In this document: piece by piece, positions 8,881-19,080 of the stretch
Layout of the letters: the number at the start of each line of letters is the position of its first letter
Numbering within the stretch: the first letter of the stretch is position 1
DNA from: Candidatus Baldrarchaeum yapensis
GTDB lineage: Archaea; Asgardarchaeota; Baldrarchaeia; Baldrarchaeales; Baldrarchaeaceae
Assembly: GCA_016840465.1 (NCBI GenBank)
Contig: JAEOSH010000019.1
Location: forward strand, 1 to 31,109
Direction: 5' to 3'
Length of the DNA: 31,109 nucleotides
Notes under the pieces: model-generated
What the model was told of the DNA's origin: nothing
Database searches by the model: none
Seen by the model: the letters and a program-made list of their open reading frames with translations, nothing else
Position numbers and translations under genes: made by a program

Positions 8881-10068
8881 TTGACACTCGAGAAGGGTGA
8901 CGCTCCAATGCAAACGGATGCAATACATGGAAGCGAGTACTTTGATGAGGACACCGGAACTTTCATTGTGCCGATTTTCCAGACGGCGATTTTCGAACTT
9001 GAAAGGAATAGGGGTCTTCCGAGAAAGAGCGACCGCGGTAAGGATCTAAAATACTCCAGAGAGGAAAATCCAACGGTACGCGCACTCGAGAAAACCCTTG
9101 CCAAGATAGATAAAGGTGAAGATGCCCTCTCGTTTTCAAGCGGCATGGCCGCAATTTCTTCCGTTTTCCTCGCATTCCTCAAAAGTGGCGGGGAGATCGT
9201 AATAGCAAAAGAGGTCTATGGAAGCACGCTCCAACTGGCTTTAAGTCTAAAGAAGTTCGGGGTTAAAGTCACCGTGGCTGGTCCTGACACCGAGCAAATA
9301 ATTGAATCCATCTCGGAAAGAGTCTCACTGGTGTTCGTGGAAACGATGACAAACCCCATGCTCAGAGTACTTGACATCCCCGCGATAATTAAAAGGTGCA
9401 AGGAAGTAGGAGCCACCATAATCGTTGATAACACGTTTGTCACTCCTGTCATCTACCGCCCACTACTAGATGGCGCGGACCTTGTCATACACAGCGCAAC
9501 TAAGTACCTGGCGGGTCACAATGATGTGATTGCCGGGGTAATAGTGGGGCCTCGTAGGCTGATTTCCGACATCTTATGGGATTGGAGAAGGCTGCTCGGT
9601 TGTATAATATCTCCATTTGACGCTTTCCTTGTATTAAGGGGACTAAAAACGCTGGAACTCAGAGTAAAAAAGCACTGTGAGAACGCAAAGGCAGTAGCAG
9701 AGTTCCTAAATGAACATCCTAAGGTCTCGGAAGTGTTATACCCAGGTCTCCCGGACAACAAGTACCACGGCATTGCGCGCAGACTTTTCAGCAATGGCAT
9801 GTACGGGGGAGTTGTCAGTTTTAGAGTCAAAGGAAACATGAATTCGGTCATCAGAGTAATGAGCGCGTTGAAAATGATAAAGATTTCACCAAGTCTTGGC
9901 GGGACGGAAAGCATAATGACGTATCCGATCGTTACGGGTGCCGCAACGATGCCCCCAGAAATAAGAGAAGAACTGGGAATAACTGAAGATCTGCTCAGAC
10001 TATCGGTGGGTCTCGAGGACGTCAACGACATAATAGAGGATCTGGATCGTGCACTTAAGGCAGCATAG
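8881..10068 (+). CDS. metB: PLP-dependent trans-sulfuration enzyme (cystathionine gamma-synthase / methionine gamma-lyase family)
   Basis: YSREENPT, SSGMAA, ETMTNP, VDNTF, HSATKYLAGH (PLP Lys), SLGGTES and RLSVGLED. Start is 8881 (TTG) or 8908 (ATG). The exact activity is unresolved. Confidence 0.88.
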   Translation: MTLEKGDAPMQTDAIHGSEYFDEDTGTFIVPIFQTAIFELERNRGLPRKSDRGKDLKYSREENPTVRALEKTLAKIDKGEDALSFSSGMAAISSVFLAFLKSGGEIVIAKEVYGSTLQLALSLKKFGVKVTVAGPDTEQIIESISERVSLVFVETMTNPMLRVLDIPAIIKRCKEVGATIIVDNTFVTPVIYRPLLDGADLVIHSATKYLAGHNDVIAGVIVGPRRLISDILWDWRRLLGCIISPFDAFLVLRGLKTLELRVKKHCENAKAVAEFLNEHPKVSEVLYPGLPDNKYHGIARRLFSNGMYGGVVSFRVKGNMNSVIRVMSALKMIKISPSLGGTESIMTYPIVTGAATMPPEIREELGITEDLLRLSVGLEDVNDIIEDLDRALKAA

Positions 10069-10085
10069 TGGCGTGGTGCTTACCG

Positions 10086-10667
10086 GTGATAGAGGTAGAG
10101 GTGAAGGCCTGGGTTAAGGACAGGAGAACATTTGAAGATCTTCCCCGCAGGATAGCCCAGTTAGGTGTACTTGAGGAAAAAAGTTACACACAGCGGGATA
10201 TCTATTTTGCTCACCCCTCGCGGAACTTCCTTCTGACAGATGAGGCACTACGCATTAGAATAGAGGATGGAAAGTGTGAAATGACATATAAGGGTCCTAA
10301 GATCGACAAATTGTCAAAAACGCGGGTCGAAATAACATTAAAGGTCGATAATTGTGAAAAAGCCATCGAGTTCCTGCGAAGGCTTGGCTTTTCTGAGGTT
10401 ATGGAGGTCGTGAAAGAACGGAGAGTCTTCAAAGTTCCGTATAAGGGACGTGAGGTGAAAGTGTCCCTTGACGAGGTTAAAAACTTAGGAACATTCATAG
10501 AACTCGAATGTACCGTTGATAATGAGGAAAAGATTCCTCATGCGAGGGACGATCTTCTCTCGCTCCTAGAATGCCTCGGAATTTCCAAGGAAATGACCGA
10601 GAGAAGGTCTTATCTCGAATTACTACTTTTTTCGGAAGAGGCCGCAAACCATAATGTGACAAATTAG
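10086..10667 (+). CDS. cyaB: CYTH-superfamily protein (class IV adenylate cyclase / triphosphate tunnel metalloenzyme)
   Basis: EVEVK motif, DIYF, LRIR, TYKGPK, SKTRVE, KERR and FIELE. Confidence 0.88.
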   Translation: MIEVEVKAWVKDRRTFEDLPRRIAQLGVLEEKSYTQRDIYFAHPSRNFLLTDEALRIRIEDGKCEMTYKGPKIDKLSKTRVEITLKVDNCEKAIEFLRRLGFSEVMEVVKERRVFKVPYKGREVKVSLDEVKNLGTFIELECTVDNEEKIPHARDDLLSLLECLGISKEMTERRSYLELLLFSEEAANHNVTN

Positions 10668-10779
10668 CAAATCTACTTTACGATTTTCTCAGAACTCTGT
10701 TCTCGAATAAATAAAATTCGCGGTGCATTAATGAGTGTCCGACCGATGAGTTAAAAACCTCTGGATGAATTATTAAGGA

Positions 10780-10842
10780 GGGAAGATGATGATTATCCGG
10801 CAAGGAGGACTCTGATGACTGCTCATAGTTACGCTGATTCCC
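10780..10842 (+). ncRNA. C/D-box sRNA (2'-O-methylation guide)
   Basis: Terminal stem GGGAA/TTCCC; C box ATGATGA 10786-10792; degenerate D' AGGA; C' TGATGA 10813-10818; D box CTGA 10834-10837. TTAAAAA ~25 nt upstream and a T-run downstream. Lies in the gap between convergent genes. Confidence 0.85.
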
Positions 10843-10849
10843 GTCTTTT

Positions 10850-11740
10850 CTAAACCTTCTGACTCCGATGGGACAGAATATCGACGCTCCCGTCCCAATA
10901 TATTCTTGCAGTCACTCTTCTTGCAGCCCAACATTGGAATATTATTCCCACCGGAAAACTCGCGGGGTGCCTATGTGCAACCTCTATATTGACGGCGAGA
11001 GATGTGGTTTTTCCGCCTAAGCCCATAGGCCCAATTTCCAATTTGTTTATTTCCTCTAAGAGTTCCATCTCGAGTTTGGAGATCTCATTAACCGGATTTC
11101 TAACGTTTATCGGTCTCAGTAACGCCTTCTTTGCAAGCTTCATACATAAATCCGCAGATCCCCCTATCCCCACACCTATTATTGTCGGCGGACACGGTTT
11201 TCCGCCCGCCTCTGCCACCGCCCTTATCACCACTCTTTTCACACCCTCCAGTCCCTCGGCGGGGTTTATCATGAAAAGGCGCGAAACATTCTCGCTCCCC
11301 CCGCCCTTCGGAAGTATAGAAATCTCCAAGAAATCGATATCATAGTCCAGCTCTGTATGTATAATGGGAATGTGCCTCCCCGTATTGTCACCACTGTTGA
11401 CTCCGGTGAGCACGTCGACCGCATTCGGCCTCAATGGGATCTCTCTTGTCGCCCTAGCAGTTGCTCTCTTAATACATCCGATGAGGTTCTTCACATTAAA
11501 CAAAGTGGGATTTGCCCTCATGAAGAAGGTGAGCGTACCAGTATCCTGACATATAGGTCTGCGCAGGGATTCCGCCAATCTTATGTTCTCTAGTATCGCT
11601 TTAAGGTGATGCCTCGCTAACTCGTTAGTCTCCGATCTATAAGCCTCCTTGAGGGCGAACTTCACGTCATCCGGCAACGCGACGACTGAGAGACCTATTA
11701 ACCCTACAAGCACATCTTCTATTTTCGTCAAATTGATCAT
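10850..11740 (-). CDS. Fe-S hydro-lyase alpha subunit (class I fumarate hydratase / tartrate dehydratase alpha)
   Basis: CQDTG, PKGGGSEN, PCPP, GPMGLGG and CWA motifs. The beta subunit is not adjacent. Confidence 0.92.
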   Translation of the reverse strand: MINLTKIEDVLVGLIGLSVVALPDDVKFALKEAYRSETNELARHHLKAILENIRLAESLRRPICQDTGTLTFFMRANPTLFNVKNLIGCIKRATARATREIPLRPNAVDVLTGVNSGDNTGRHIPIIHTELDYDIDFLEISILPKGGGSENVSRLFMINPAEGLEGVKRVVIRAVAEAGGKPCPPTIIGVGIGGSADLCMKLAKKALLRPINVRNPVNEISKLEMELLEEINKLEIGPMGLGGKTTSLAVNIEVAHRHPASFPVGIIFQCWAARRVTARIYWDGSVDILSHRSQKV

Positions 11741-11863
11741 AGAGGCCCTCCTTAACCGTTATCGCCGATCACTTTAAGGAAAAATGCTGTTAGAGGTGTG
11801 AAAAACTTGTCAAGCACGGGAAGTTAATGTAAGTAAAAAGAAGCTATATAATGAATGGTAGAA

Positions 11864-11879
11864 TGTACTAAGTAGTACA
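11864..11879 (+). promoter_or_regulatory. Palindromic operator TGTACTA-AG-TAGTACA upstream of the antitoxin
   Basis: Perfect 7-bp arms between a TATA-like CTATATA (~11844-11850) and the ATG at 11898; typical of TA autoregulation. Confidence 0.6.
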
Positions 11880-11897
11880 CAGTACCGGTGGCCTACG

Positions 11898-12131
11898 ATG
11901 TACGTGAGGGTGACGCGTAAGTATCAGGTGACAATTCCAAAAAGAGTAAGAGAACTTCTAAAAATCCGCATCGGAGATCTAATGAAAGTCAGCGTTCAGG
12001 ATCATAAAATAATTCTAGAGTCCGTTGTTAAAAGGACGGAAGATCCGGTGGAGGACATGCTCAACTTAATTAAGAAGCCCATGGATGTAGACGCAGTAAA
12101 ACTCGTTGAGGAGTCTTGGAATGAAGATTGA
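11898..12131 (+). CDS. vapB: AbrB/MazE/SpoVT-family antitoxin
   Basis: VRVTRKYQVTIPKRVRELLKIRIGD signature; overlaps the PIN gene. Confidence 0.9.
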   Translation: MYVRVTRKYQVTIPKRVRELLKIRIGDLMKVSVQDHKIILESVVKRTEDPVEDMLNLIKKPMDVDAVKLVEESWNED

Positions 12132-12624
12132 GAGGAAAAAGGCCTATATAGACACGAACATAATCGTGTACGCGGTGATTCATCATCCGGTTTTTGGAAA
12201 TACTTGCGCCGAGATCCTGCGAGACATGAGGAGGGGGCTTTTTCAAGCATACGGGTCTATATTCGTGGCAATAGAGTTGCTGGACGCACTATCTAAGATA
12301 GACACTTACGTGGCAGGGAGGGCCGTTAACAATTACCTGGCATTCCCTATGGAGTTCCTAGAAATGGACGAAAGCGTGATCAGGGCCTCCGCAATAATAA
12401 ATGAGGTTACAAGGATCAGATACGACTCCGTACATGCCGCCTTAATGCTCCTAAACGACATAGCCGCGGTGATCACAAATGACGAGGATGATTGGCGAAA
12501 ACTTAAACAAAACTTGGATGAGGTCAAGAAAAGGTTTCTCGAGGAGGGTTTCATTACTAATGTGAGGGAACTTGAGGTGATAACCCCAGCCAACTATAAA
12601 GAGTGGCGCTCCCAACGCGAATAA
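12121..12624 (+). CDS. vapC: PIN-domain toxin
   Basis: AYIDTNIIVYA, an E in VAIEL, YDSVHAA and ITNDEDD acidic tetrad. Confidence 0.88.
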   Translation: MKIERKKAYIDTNIIVYAVIHHPVFGNTCAEILRDMRRGLFQAYGSIFVAIELLDALSKIDTYVAGRAVNNYLAFPMEFLEMDESVIRASAIINEVTRIRYDSVHAALMLLNDIAAVITNDEDDWRKLKQNLDEVKKRFLEEGFITNVRELEVITPANYKEWRSQRE

Positions 12625-12660
12625 CGTTTATACTAAAATCCGTCTCAAGTTTAATTAGGG

Positions 12661-13059
12661 GTGATTACACTGAGTTTTGAATGCTTTTTGAAGTCCATTG
12701 TTACAAGATGGCGGAGGGAGTTCGGAACTCTTGAAGAGTTGGCAAGGATGTCTGAGGAAGATCCAGCGTTGCTGGAAAGAAGTATAAGGGAAATGCTCAC
12801 CGGGTGGCACGTGATACTATGCAGGACAATACTCCGCTACTTCAAAATGGTGCGCGAAGGGAAACCTTGGTACGACCTCATCGACAGGTTTGCTAGAGAA
12901 ATCTTGGAAGTGTTCGGAACAACCAGAGGTGATGTGCCAATTCACGTCTGGGAGGCAATTCTTAACCTCGCCGCCATGATATTCGACATAGTTTATGAGG
13001 AATGCAAACGTATTTTCCTATTCGAACTCTCAAGCCATCTCGCATTAGAAGAAGAATAA
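12661..13059 (+). CDS. Hypothetical alpha-helical protein
   Basis: 132-codon ORF with host-like codon use; no motif recognised. Confidence 0.6.
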   Translation: MITLSFECFLKSIVTRWRREFGTLEELARMSEEDPALLERSIREMLTGWHVILCRTILRYFKMVREGKPWYDLIDRFAREILEVFGTTRGDVPIHVWEAILNLAAMIFDIVYEECKRIFLFELSSHLALEEE

Positions 13060-13071
13060 AACAAAGGATTA

Positions 13072-14352
13072 TTATGGCTTTTCCACGGCTTTCAAGACCT
13101 TTCCACGAGTCTCCGGAAATGCCCATACGAACAACGCCAGCATGACGTTGAACATGGCAGCGATGGAAATCGCACCGCTCAATCCCCACTGCACCGCGAC
13201 AAGCGCAACAACTATGGGAGCGACAGCCGATAATCCTCTCGCAACATTGAAGCAGAAGCCCGCAGCCGTTGTCCTTACATGCGTTGGAAATATCTCTGTG
13301 TACAGCGGACCATAGCCGCTGAAGAAGCCTGTGCCCAGGCCCATGAAGAACAGAGGTATCAGTGCATATATCGGGTTCTTCGCAAATACTGAGATCATAT
13401 GCATCAGTATGAATATTGAGACGGCCTGCGTCAATGAGAATATTGTAAACGCCGGTCGCCGCCCAATCCTATCCGCAATTGGGCCGAATGACAGATACCC
13501 TATTAACGCTCCCATCTGTGAAATAAATACCCACAACCCCGAACCCGCAAGCCCGATGCCCATCTCCTCGCTGAGACACTTGGGGAGCCAGCTGAAGATG
13601 AACCAATAAGCGTACATGCCGAATGTTGCAAGCAAGAGACCCTTAGCGGTGCTCCCTATAATCTCCTTGTCAAATATTCTGATCAGAGGATTCCTTCCGA
13701 GCCTCTCTGCCCATTCATCTGGAAGCTCTCCTCTGTGCAGCATCTCCCTGAAGTGTAACCATAAATCGCTTTCAGGCATCCCCTTTCTTATAAAAACTAC
13801 CATGAATGCGGGTAAACTCGAAAGAAAGAATGTCATCCGCCACCCTATCACTGGACTTACAAATCCCCCAACGAGAGAGGCCACCGCCACACCGACCGGC
13901 ACACCTGACTGCATTAAGGCCGCCCCACGCGCTCTCATCTTAGGTGGCCATGTCTCACCTACGAGGGTTTGCCCGACTGCCCACTCTCCTCCTATTCCAA
14001 GGCCCGCAACGAACCTTAGGATCAGAAGTTGCCAAATATCGGTGGCAACGGCACACAGCGCGGTTCCGATAGAATATATAAGTATCGTCCATTGGAGCAC
14101 AGGCTTTCTTCCGTAAATGTCCGAAAGGTAGCCAAATAGTATGCCGCCGATTGCAGTAGCGGCAAGCGACGCTGCATGCACGATTCCCAGTTCCACATCG
14201 GTCACATGGAACTCTTTGCCTATCTCTATCAGTAGGAATGTGTAAAGAATCAGATTGTAAAAGTCAAAGACCCACCCGGCCCAACTGAAGCCCAGAATTG
14301 CCCAATGTTCCCTTGTTGGCCTCTCATATTCGTATAAGAACTTTTTCGACAT
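13072..14352 (-). CDS. MFS transporter (carboxylate / aromatic-acid type)
   Basis: About 12 hydrophobic segments; GYLSDIYGRK, GIGGEW, ETWPPKMRARG, ADRIGRR and PETRG. Confidence 0.93.
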   Translation of the reverse strand: MSKKFLYEYERPTREHWAILGFSWAGWVFDFYNLILYTFLLIEIGKEFHVTDVELGIVHAASLAATAIGGILFGYLSDIYGRKPVLQWTILIYSIGTALCAVATDIWQLLILRFVAGLGIGGEWAVGQTLVGETWPPKMRARGAALMQSGVPVGVAVASLVGGFVSPVIGWRMTFFLSSLPAFMVVFIRKGMPESDLWLHFREMLHRGELPDEWAERLGRNPLIRIFDKEIIGSTAKGLLLATFGMYAYWFIFSWLPKCLSEEMGIGLAGSGLWVFISQMGALIGYLSFGPIADRIGRRPAFTIFSLTQAVSIFILMHMISVFAKNPIYALIPLFFMGLGTGFFSGYGPLYTEIFPTHVRTTAAGFCFNVARGLSAVAPIVVALVAVQWGLSGAISIAAMFNVMLALFVWAFPETRGKVLKAVEKP

Positions 14353-14433
14353 TTTAGCCTACGCCCGCTGTCCTGTTTTGGGAACACTGAGATACATACC
14401 CAAACTCTTCTATAAAAGCCTCGGGTACAACAT

Positions 14434-15342
14434 TCATCTCAAAATTCCGAGGCCCCGCAGGAGACCATATGCCATTGGTTCGAAAACCACCTCTCTGAAC
14501 TTCGGAGGGAAAACTTCCAACCTCTCATAATACTTCTGCTTCAATGAGGATGCAACGCCTGCGATGTCCTTGCTTTTTTCGTAAGCGTTTAAGGCGATGC
14601 TCTTCCAATCCTCTAACACCTCCAGCGCAGTATGAATTACGTTAGAAGCATCCGGCCCGATGACCGCGCCGAAATGCGCAAATGCTACTATTTTCAGATC
14701 AAAAGATAGTATTTTCTCGAGAGATCTTTTGTACTCCTCATACTTGAAACTCGGAGGGAAGGATGTTGGAATTGGAGTTCTGCTCCTCGCACCAAATATC
14801 CCAGCACCATCCCCGCAAAATATCATCTTTGAGCCTTTCTCGTAAAACATCAGGTGGTCTGACGTATGGCCCGGCGTGTGTACAACTTCTATTTCAACAC
14901 CCCTCCCTATGTCTATGACTTCACTGCCTTTCACGACCATTAGACGCGTCTCGTCCTCAACCTTATCAATGGGCTCCCCGAACTCCCCAAATAACTCTCT
15001 TGTCGCAACATTGATCCTAGAGGGGTCCTTATACGTCTCTATCGTGTACTTATGTCCCACAAGCACGGAGTTGGGCATGTGGGCAAGTAATGGTGGGCCC
15101 CCACCCGCATGATCGGAATGCCTGTGACTGACGAGAATGTACTTGACGGCATTGAAATCTATCTTGAAGCTCCTGAGCCCTTCTATTATGTTGGCGGCGC
15201 AACTCCTGTGCCCGGGTTCTATTATCGCAACATCCTTCCCAATGAGAACGAACGTCGATGTGGTCTTTGGGAACTTCCAGCCTATGACATCCAACATCAG
15301 AATATTTTCAGAAATCCGTCCCGGTTCTGTTACTACCTCCAC
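14434..15342 (-). CDS. Metallo-beta-lactamase-fold hydrolase
   Basis: SHRHSDHAGG, HTPGHT, FCGD and FAHFG motifs. Confidence 0.92.
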   Translation of the reverse strand: MEVVTEPGRISENILMLDVIGWKFPKTTSTFVLIGKDVAIIEPGHRSCAANIIEGLRSFKIDFNAVKYILVSHRHSDHAGGGPPLLAHMPNSVLVGHKYTIETYKDPSRINVATRELFGEFGEPIDKVEDETRLMVVKGSEVIDIGRGVEIEVVHTPGHTSDHLMFYEKGSKMIFCGDGAGIFGARSRTPIPTSFPPSFKYEEYKRSLEKILSFDLKIVAFAHFGAVIGPDASNVIHTALEVLEDWKSIALNAYEKSKDIAGVASSLKQKYYERLEVFPPKFREVVFEPMAYGLLRGLGILR

Positions 15343-15354
15343 CCTACCACCTCG

Positions 15355-16113
15355 TCACCTCATAAGTATCGTCGTAACCACATCCACTAACTGGTAAAGG
15401 TCATGCACTATAAAGTCGGGCTCGATGGGGGCTCTCCTTAAAACTTCATAAACCCTTGATGGCTCTCTGAGCAGGAGCACTGCAGTCATACCGACACTTT
15501 TCGCGCCCACGATATCCTTTGTCAACAGGTCTCCAACCATGACCGCCTCATTTGGTGAAACGCCTGCACTCTCCAATGCGTGGAGGAATATCTTCTTATC
15601 AGGTTTTTCGGCGCCCGCATCACTAACCGTAGTTATGCTGTCGAATAGGTAACGTATTTTTAGCGCCTCTAACTGCATTTCTATATAGCTGCGATTCGCA
15701 TCCGTGATGAGCCCTATGTGCATGCCTAAGTTCTTAAGGCGTATGAGAGTTTCCCTAACATCGGGATATAGGCGCACGTACTTCGCATGGTTTCTCTTCC
15801 AGCACTCGCCACACCAGATTATGTCGTCCTTTGTGAAGTTTACTCCGACGTCAGACAGCAGATATTCGAACGTGATCTCGTAGTACTCTCTCCCGGGAAT
15901 AGGATTCCGAACGAACTCATTATAGGCACGTTCGGCACATTTAGTGTACTTCTCGAGTAACTCATCAACCGAAAGGTTTAGCCCGAACCTCTCCTTTATC
16001 TCCTCAACTATGTGTCTGTGCGCCTCCACATCAGATTTTTCATCCATCAACGTGCCGCCAAAGTCAAAAAATATTGCTCTACATACCATAATCTTCATCT
16101 CCCATCTCCACAA
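15355..16113 (-). CDS. HAD-family hydrolase (subfamily IA)
   Basis: FDFGGTL, ITD, EKPDKKIF and MVGDLLTKDIVGA motifs. Confidence 0.92.
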   Translation of the reverse strand: MWRWEMKIMVCRAIFFDFGGTLMDEKSDVEAHRHIVEEIKERFGLNLSVDELLEKYTKCAERAYNEFVRNPIPGREYYEITFEYLLSDVGVNFTKDDIIWCGECWKRNHAKYVRLYPDVRETLIRLKNLGMHIGLITDANRSYIEMQLEALKIRYLFDSITTVSDAGAEKPDKKIFLHALESAGVSPNEAVMVGDLLTKDIVGAKSVGMTAVLLLREPSRVYEVLRRAPIEPDFIVHDLYQLVDVVTTILMR

Positions 16114-16368
16114 AAAGCATACGTGACCGCATAAAAATGTATTGGCGAATCGGCACTGCTTTAAAATTGCTCATATCCAATAATTCGAGAGCATACTCTC
16201 ATTTGCATAAAGTACTGGAAATAGGATCAATTTTGCCTTTTTCACTATTAGCTTTAGCTTCTTAATCATTCTAACTTTGTTAAGGTCGATGCAGAAATTA
16301 AATCCGTGGTGGTTGCCCGTGCTGACATCGTCTCACTACGATGTACAAAAGTAGTTTTGAAGGACGTT

Positions 16369-18103
16369 TCAAATTTGCAGTTTATCTGGCGACAGAACTT
16401 TATGTCTTTGTCTTCTTCGAATTACATATACGATCGCCCCAACAGAAGCTATTATCGCTGTTGTAATAATTATGTAGAGGTACGATGAGGGAATTTTGAA
16501 AATGGTGGGCTTTACAACATTGAAAACTACAGATACCATTTTCTCGTTACCTGCTAAGTCCACTGCCTTTATTTTCACTATGTGGGATCCCAAGGTTAAA
16601 TTGAAAAGCGTGTAGCTATTACTTCTGCCTATATCAACCTAAGGCCCATTATCAATACTTATACAGAAGTGATCCACTGCGGTTTCGTCATCTCTTGCCA
16701 TCCACTTAATAGTCACATGATTTTCTCCGATAGATGATCCGTTTTGGGGAGATGGAACAGTTATCGTGGGCGGATTCTTGTCGATAGTCTTGAACTCTCC
16801 GTAGTAAATGTAGCGTGGATCCAAATATATAGCTCTGGTGCTTCCATAAGTTAAATTCGAAAATTCGTAAGTTACCGTCACATAGGAGATTTCATTCTTC
16901 ATTTGCGTTATGGTCACTTCCGCCTGTCTAGCAACGTAACTAGTTGCGTTAATGCCGAGAAATTCTCTATCAAGATGGACCGTAGAAATGGTCCTATTAT
17001 TGTACTCGTAAACGTAAGTACCATTTTCAAACTGCTTTGAAGGCAAAATGCTTGTTACATTAAAATAGCCCGGACTTATTTCTTTTGTCACCACTACATC
17101 GTGAATAATTATCATTTTTATTGAAAAAGACTCTCCGGCCTCTAGTTCCTTATAATTGTCATCGATGAGTTCATAAATCTTGAAGTCTGCAACGTCGATT
17201 ATGAAACTAACCTTTAAATCGATCCTATCCTCCTTTTTCACCACTGTGGTTACAAAGTGCACGGTAACATTTGAAACATGATCACCGAAGCGTGCTGTCA
17301 CATTGTGAAACGTAGTGTTCCATCGAATTACAGGATATATGCCATCGTAGGCTGTAGAGACATTGGAGATCGACACCTTGCTTACATTGTAAAAGTCCAC
17401 CTTTATATCATGGATCCATATCGCATTGATCATTGCAACAGACATGAGTGTCTCCTGCCCCATCTTGTAGTAGTAGGAGAAATCGTATCTTGCGTATCCT
17501 TCTACAAAATTCTGGCCGTACTTTGTTTCATTTTCTATCCATTTTGCTACATGTATCAATAAGTAAACGTCTTTCGAAATCGAGACGTTCAGTCTATGTG
17601 AAAATAGCCACGTTATTTTCATGTAAATGTCATCTCTTACATTGACGGAGGAAGTATTATAACTGCTAGTCAGATCGTAATGCGGCATAGAGAGTCTTAA
17701 TACCTCTTCAGGAACCTCTATAAGCATTTTATCCGAGGAAATGTTATTTCCGGCGCCGTCGACCGCCACCACGAACCACGTGTAATTACCGGCTCTCTCA
17801 AATTTGATCGCTTTCTCGTAATATCCGCTTGTCGCGTTAAAGATCATCTCCCAGCTAGTCGAATTGATAACTAATAGAGACATTTACGATATCGTTGTCC
17901 GGGTCTGTAATATTTGCGCAGAAAACTACTACACTGGTATTTACTACCGAATTGTTACTTGGTAATAAGGATACTATGACAGGTGGAGATTGTTTCTCTG
18001 CACATACAGGTTTTCCTGTTTGAAGAAGGGGAATGAATGGTGAAACTCCTAAGAAGATCAGTATTGTTAGTACAGAAAGAACAAAATCATATTTTTTTCT
18101 CAC
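16369..18103 (-). pseudogene. Secreted, C-terminally anchored Ig-like surface glycoprotein, split into three tracked ORFs
   Basis: Signal-like N-terminus (17855-18103). Frameshift at an AG repeat ~17876-17880 (NDIVNVS/LLVINST). In-frame TAG at 16641-16639 in DNGP*VDIG, expected W. Ig-like VVAVDGAGN and VKIKAVDLAGN motifs, many N-x-S/T sequons, C-terminal TM plus RRRQR. Confidence 0.8.
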
Positions 18104-18540
18104 AGAAATACCCTCTCGCGACTTTTGGATACTTACGTAGCATCGATCTTTTAAGCGTTATGATGACAATTTCAGGCAACATCAACTCTGATGCGGATCC
18201 GCCACTATATAACAGTCCAAACATTCGATCACACTCGGCAATTTTTCCTCTTTTACATAAAGAGTGAGATCTTCTGGAGATTTGTAGATCCCCAAGAAGT
18301 TAGGATTGACTTTCTTTTAGATGCATTAATGACATCGTATAAAAAACGTATAAGAAGCCTTGTTCGCGTTATGAATAATGGTGCATAGTATTCTCCGGCT
18401 TAAATGAACTCGTAATCTAATGTCATGAGAAGATATTAAGGAATGGCGATTTCTTTTATTTATTGACGGGTAAAGACTATAACGACAAGAAGTGGGATGT
18501 GGTGGTTATTTTGCCAATAAAGAGCGGTGATGATTTCGAG

Positions 18541-19071
18541 ATGGAAGCAGTGCTAAGAGTCGGTGAGTTAATGGCTATAAGTGCGCGCACCGCTCCCAAA
18601 GCACGCGGAGTAGATGACATAGAAGTCGCATTGATATACGGCGAGGAAAAGGAAAAACTCGCCGAGCAGATGCAGAGAATTGGAGAAATGACCGGTCTCC
18701 CTCAGTTCAAGAGAGATGCTGAGGGCGTCAGGGGGGCGCACGCGGTCTTATTAGTGGGTGTTAGAGGTACAAACCCCCTAGGACTAAATTGCGGAATGTG
18801 TGGGTTTAGATCCTGTGATGAGTACTCAAAAGCGAAAAAGATAGACACAGGCGGAGTGAGAGGACCCCTATGCGCATTTAAACTCCTAGATCTCGGAATA
18901 GCAGTCGGGTCCGCAGTAAAAACGGCAAGCATACATAATGTTGACAATAGGGTTATGATAACGGTCGGAATCGCGGCACGTATGATGAAGCTACTAAAGA
19001 ATTCGGATGTCATACTGGGCATCCCGATAGTGGCCGCTGGAAAGAATCCATTCTTCGATAGGAAGACGTGA
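18541..19071 (+). CDS. DUF2148 / ferredoxin-domain-containing protein
   Basis: SARTAPKARG, GLNCGMCGFRSC, GPLCAFKLLDLGIAVGSA and VDNRVM; GGTGA RBS before ATG 18541. Confidence 0.8.
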   Translation: MEAVLRVGELMAISARTAPKARGVDDIEVALIYGEEKEKLAEQMQRIGEMTGLPQFKRDAEGVRGAHAVLLVGVRGTNPLGLNCGMCGFRSCDEYSKAKKIDTGGVRGPLCAFKLLDLGIAVGSAVKTASIHNVDNRVMITVGIAARMMKLLKNSDVILGIPIVAAGKNPFFDRKT

Positions 19072-19080
19072 GGTGATATC

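Noticed and set aside
16639-16641. Amber read-through (pyrrolysine) in the surface protein
   Set aside because: The context expects Trp (DNGPW), TGG to TAG is one transition, the same gene has a frameshift, and no pyl genes are in the window.
18160-18191. ATGATGA...CTGA as a third C/D sRNA
   Set aside because: Only 21 nt between the boxes, with no C'/D' pair or terminal stem.
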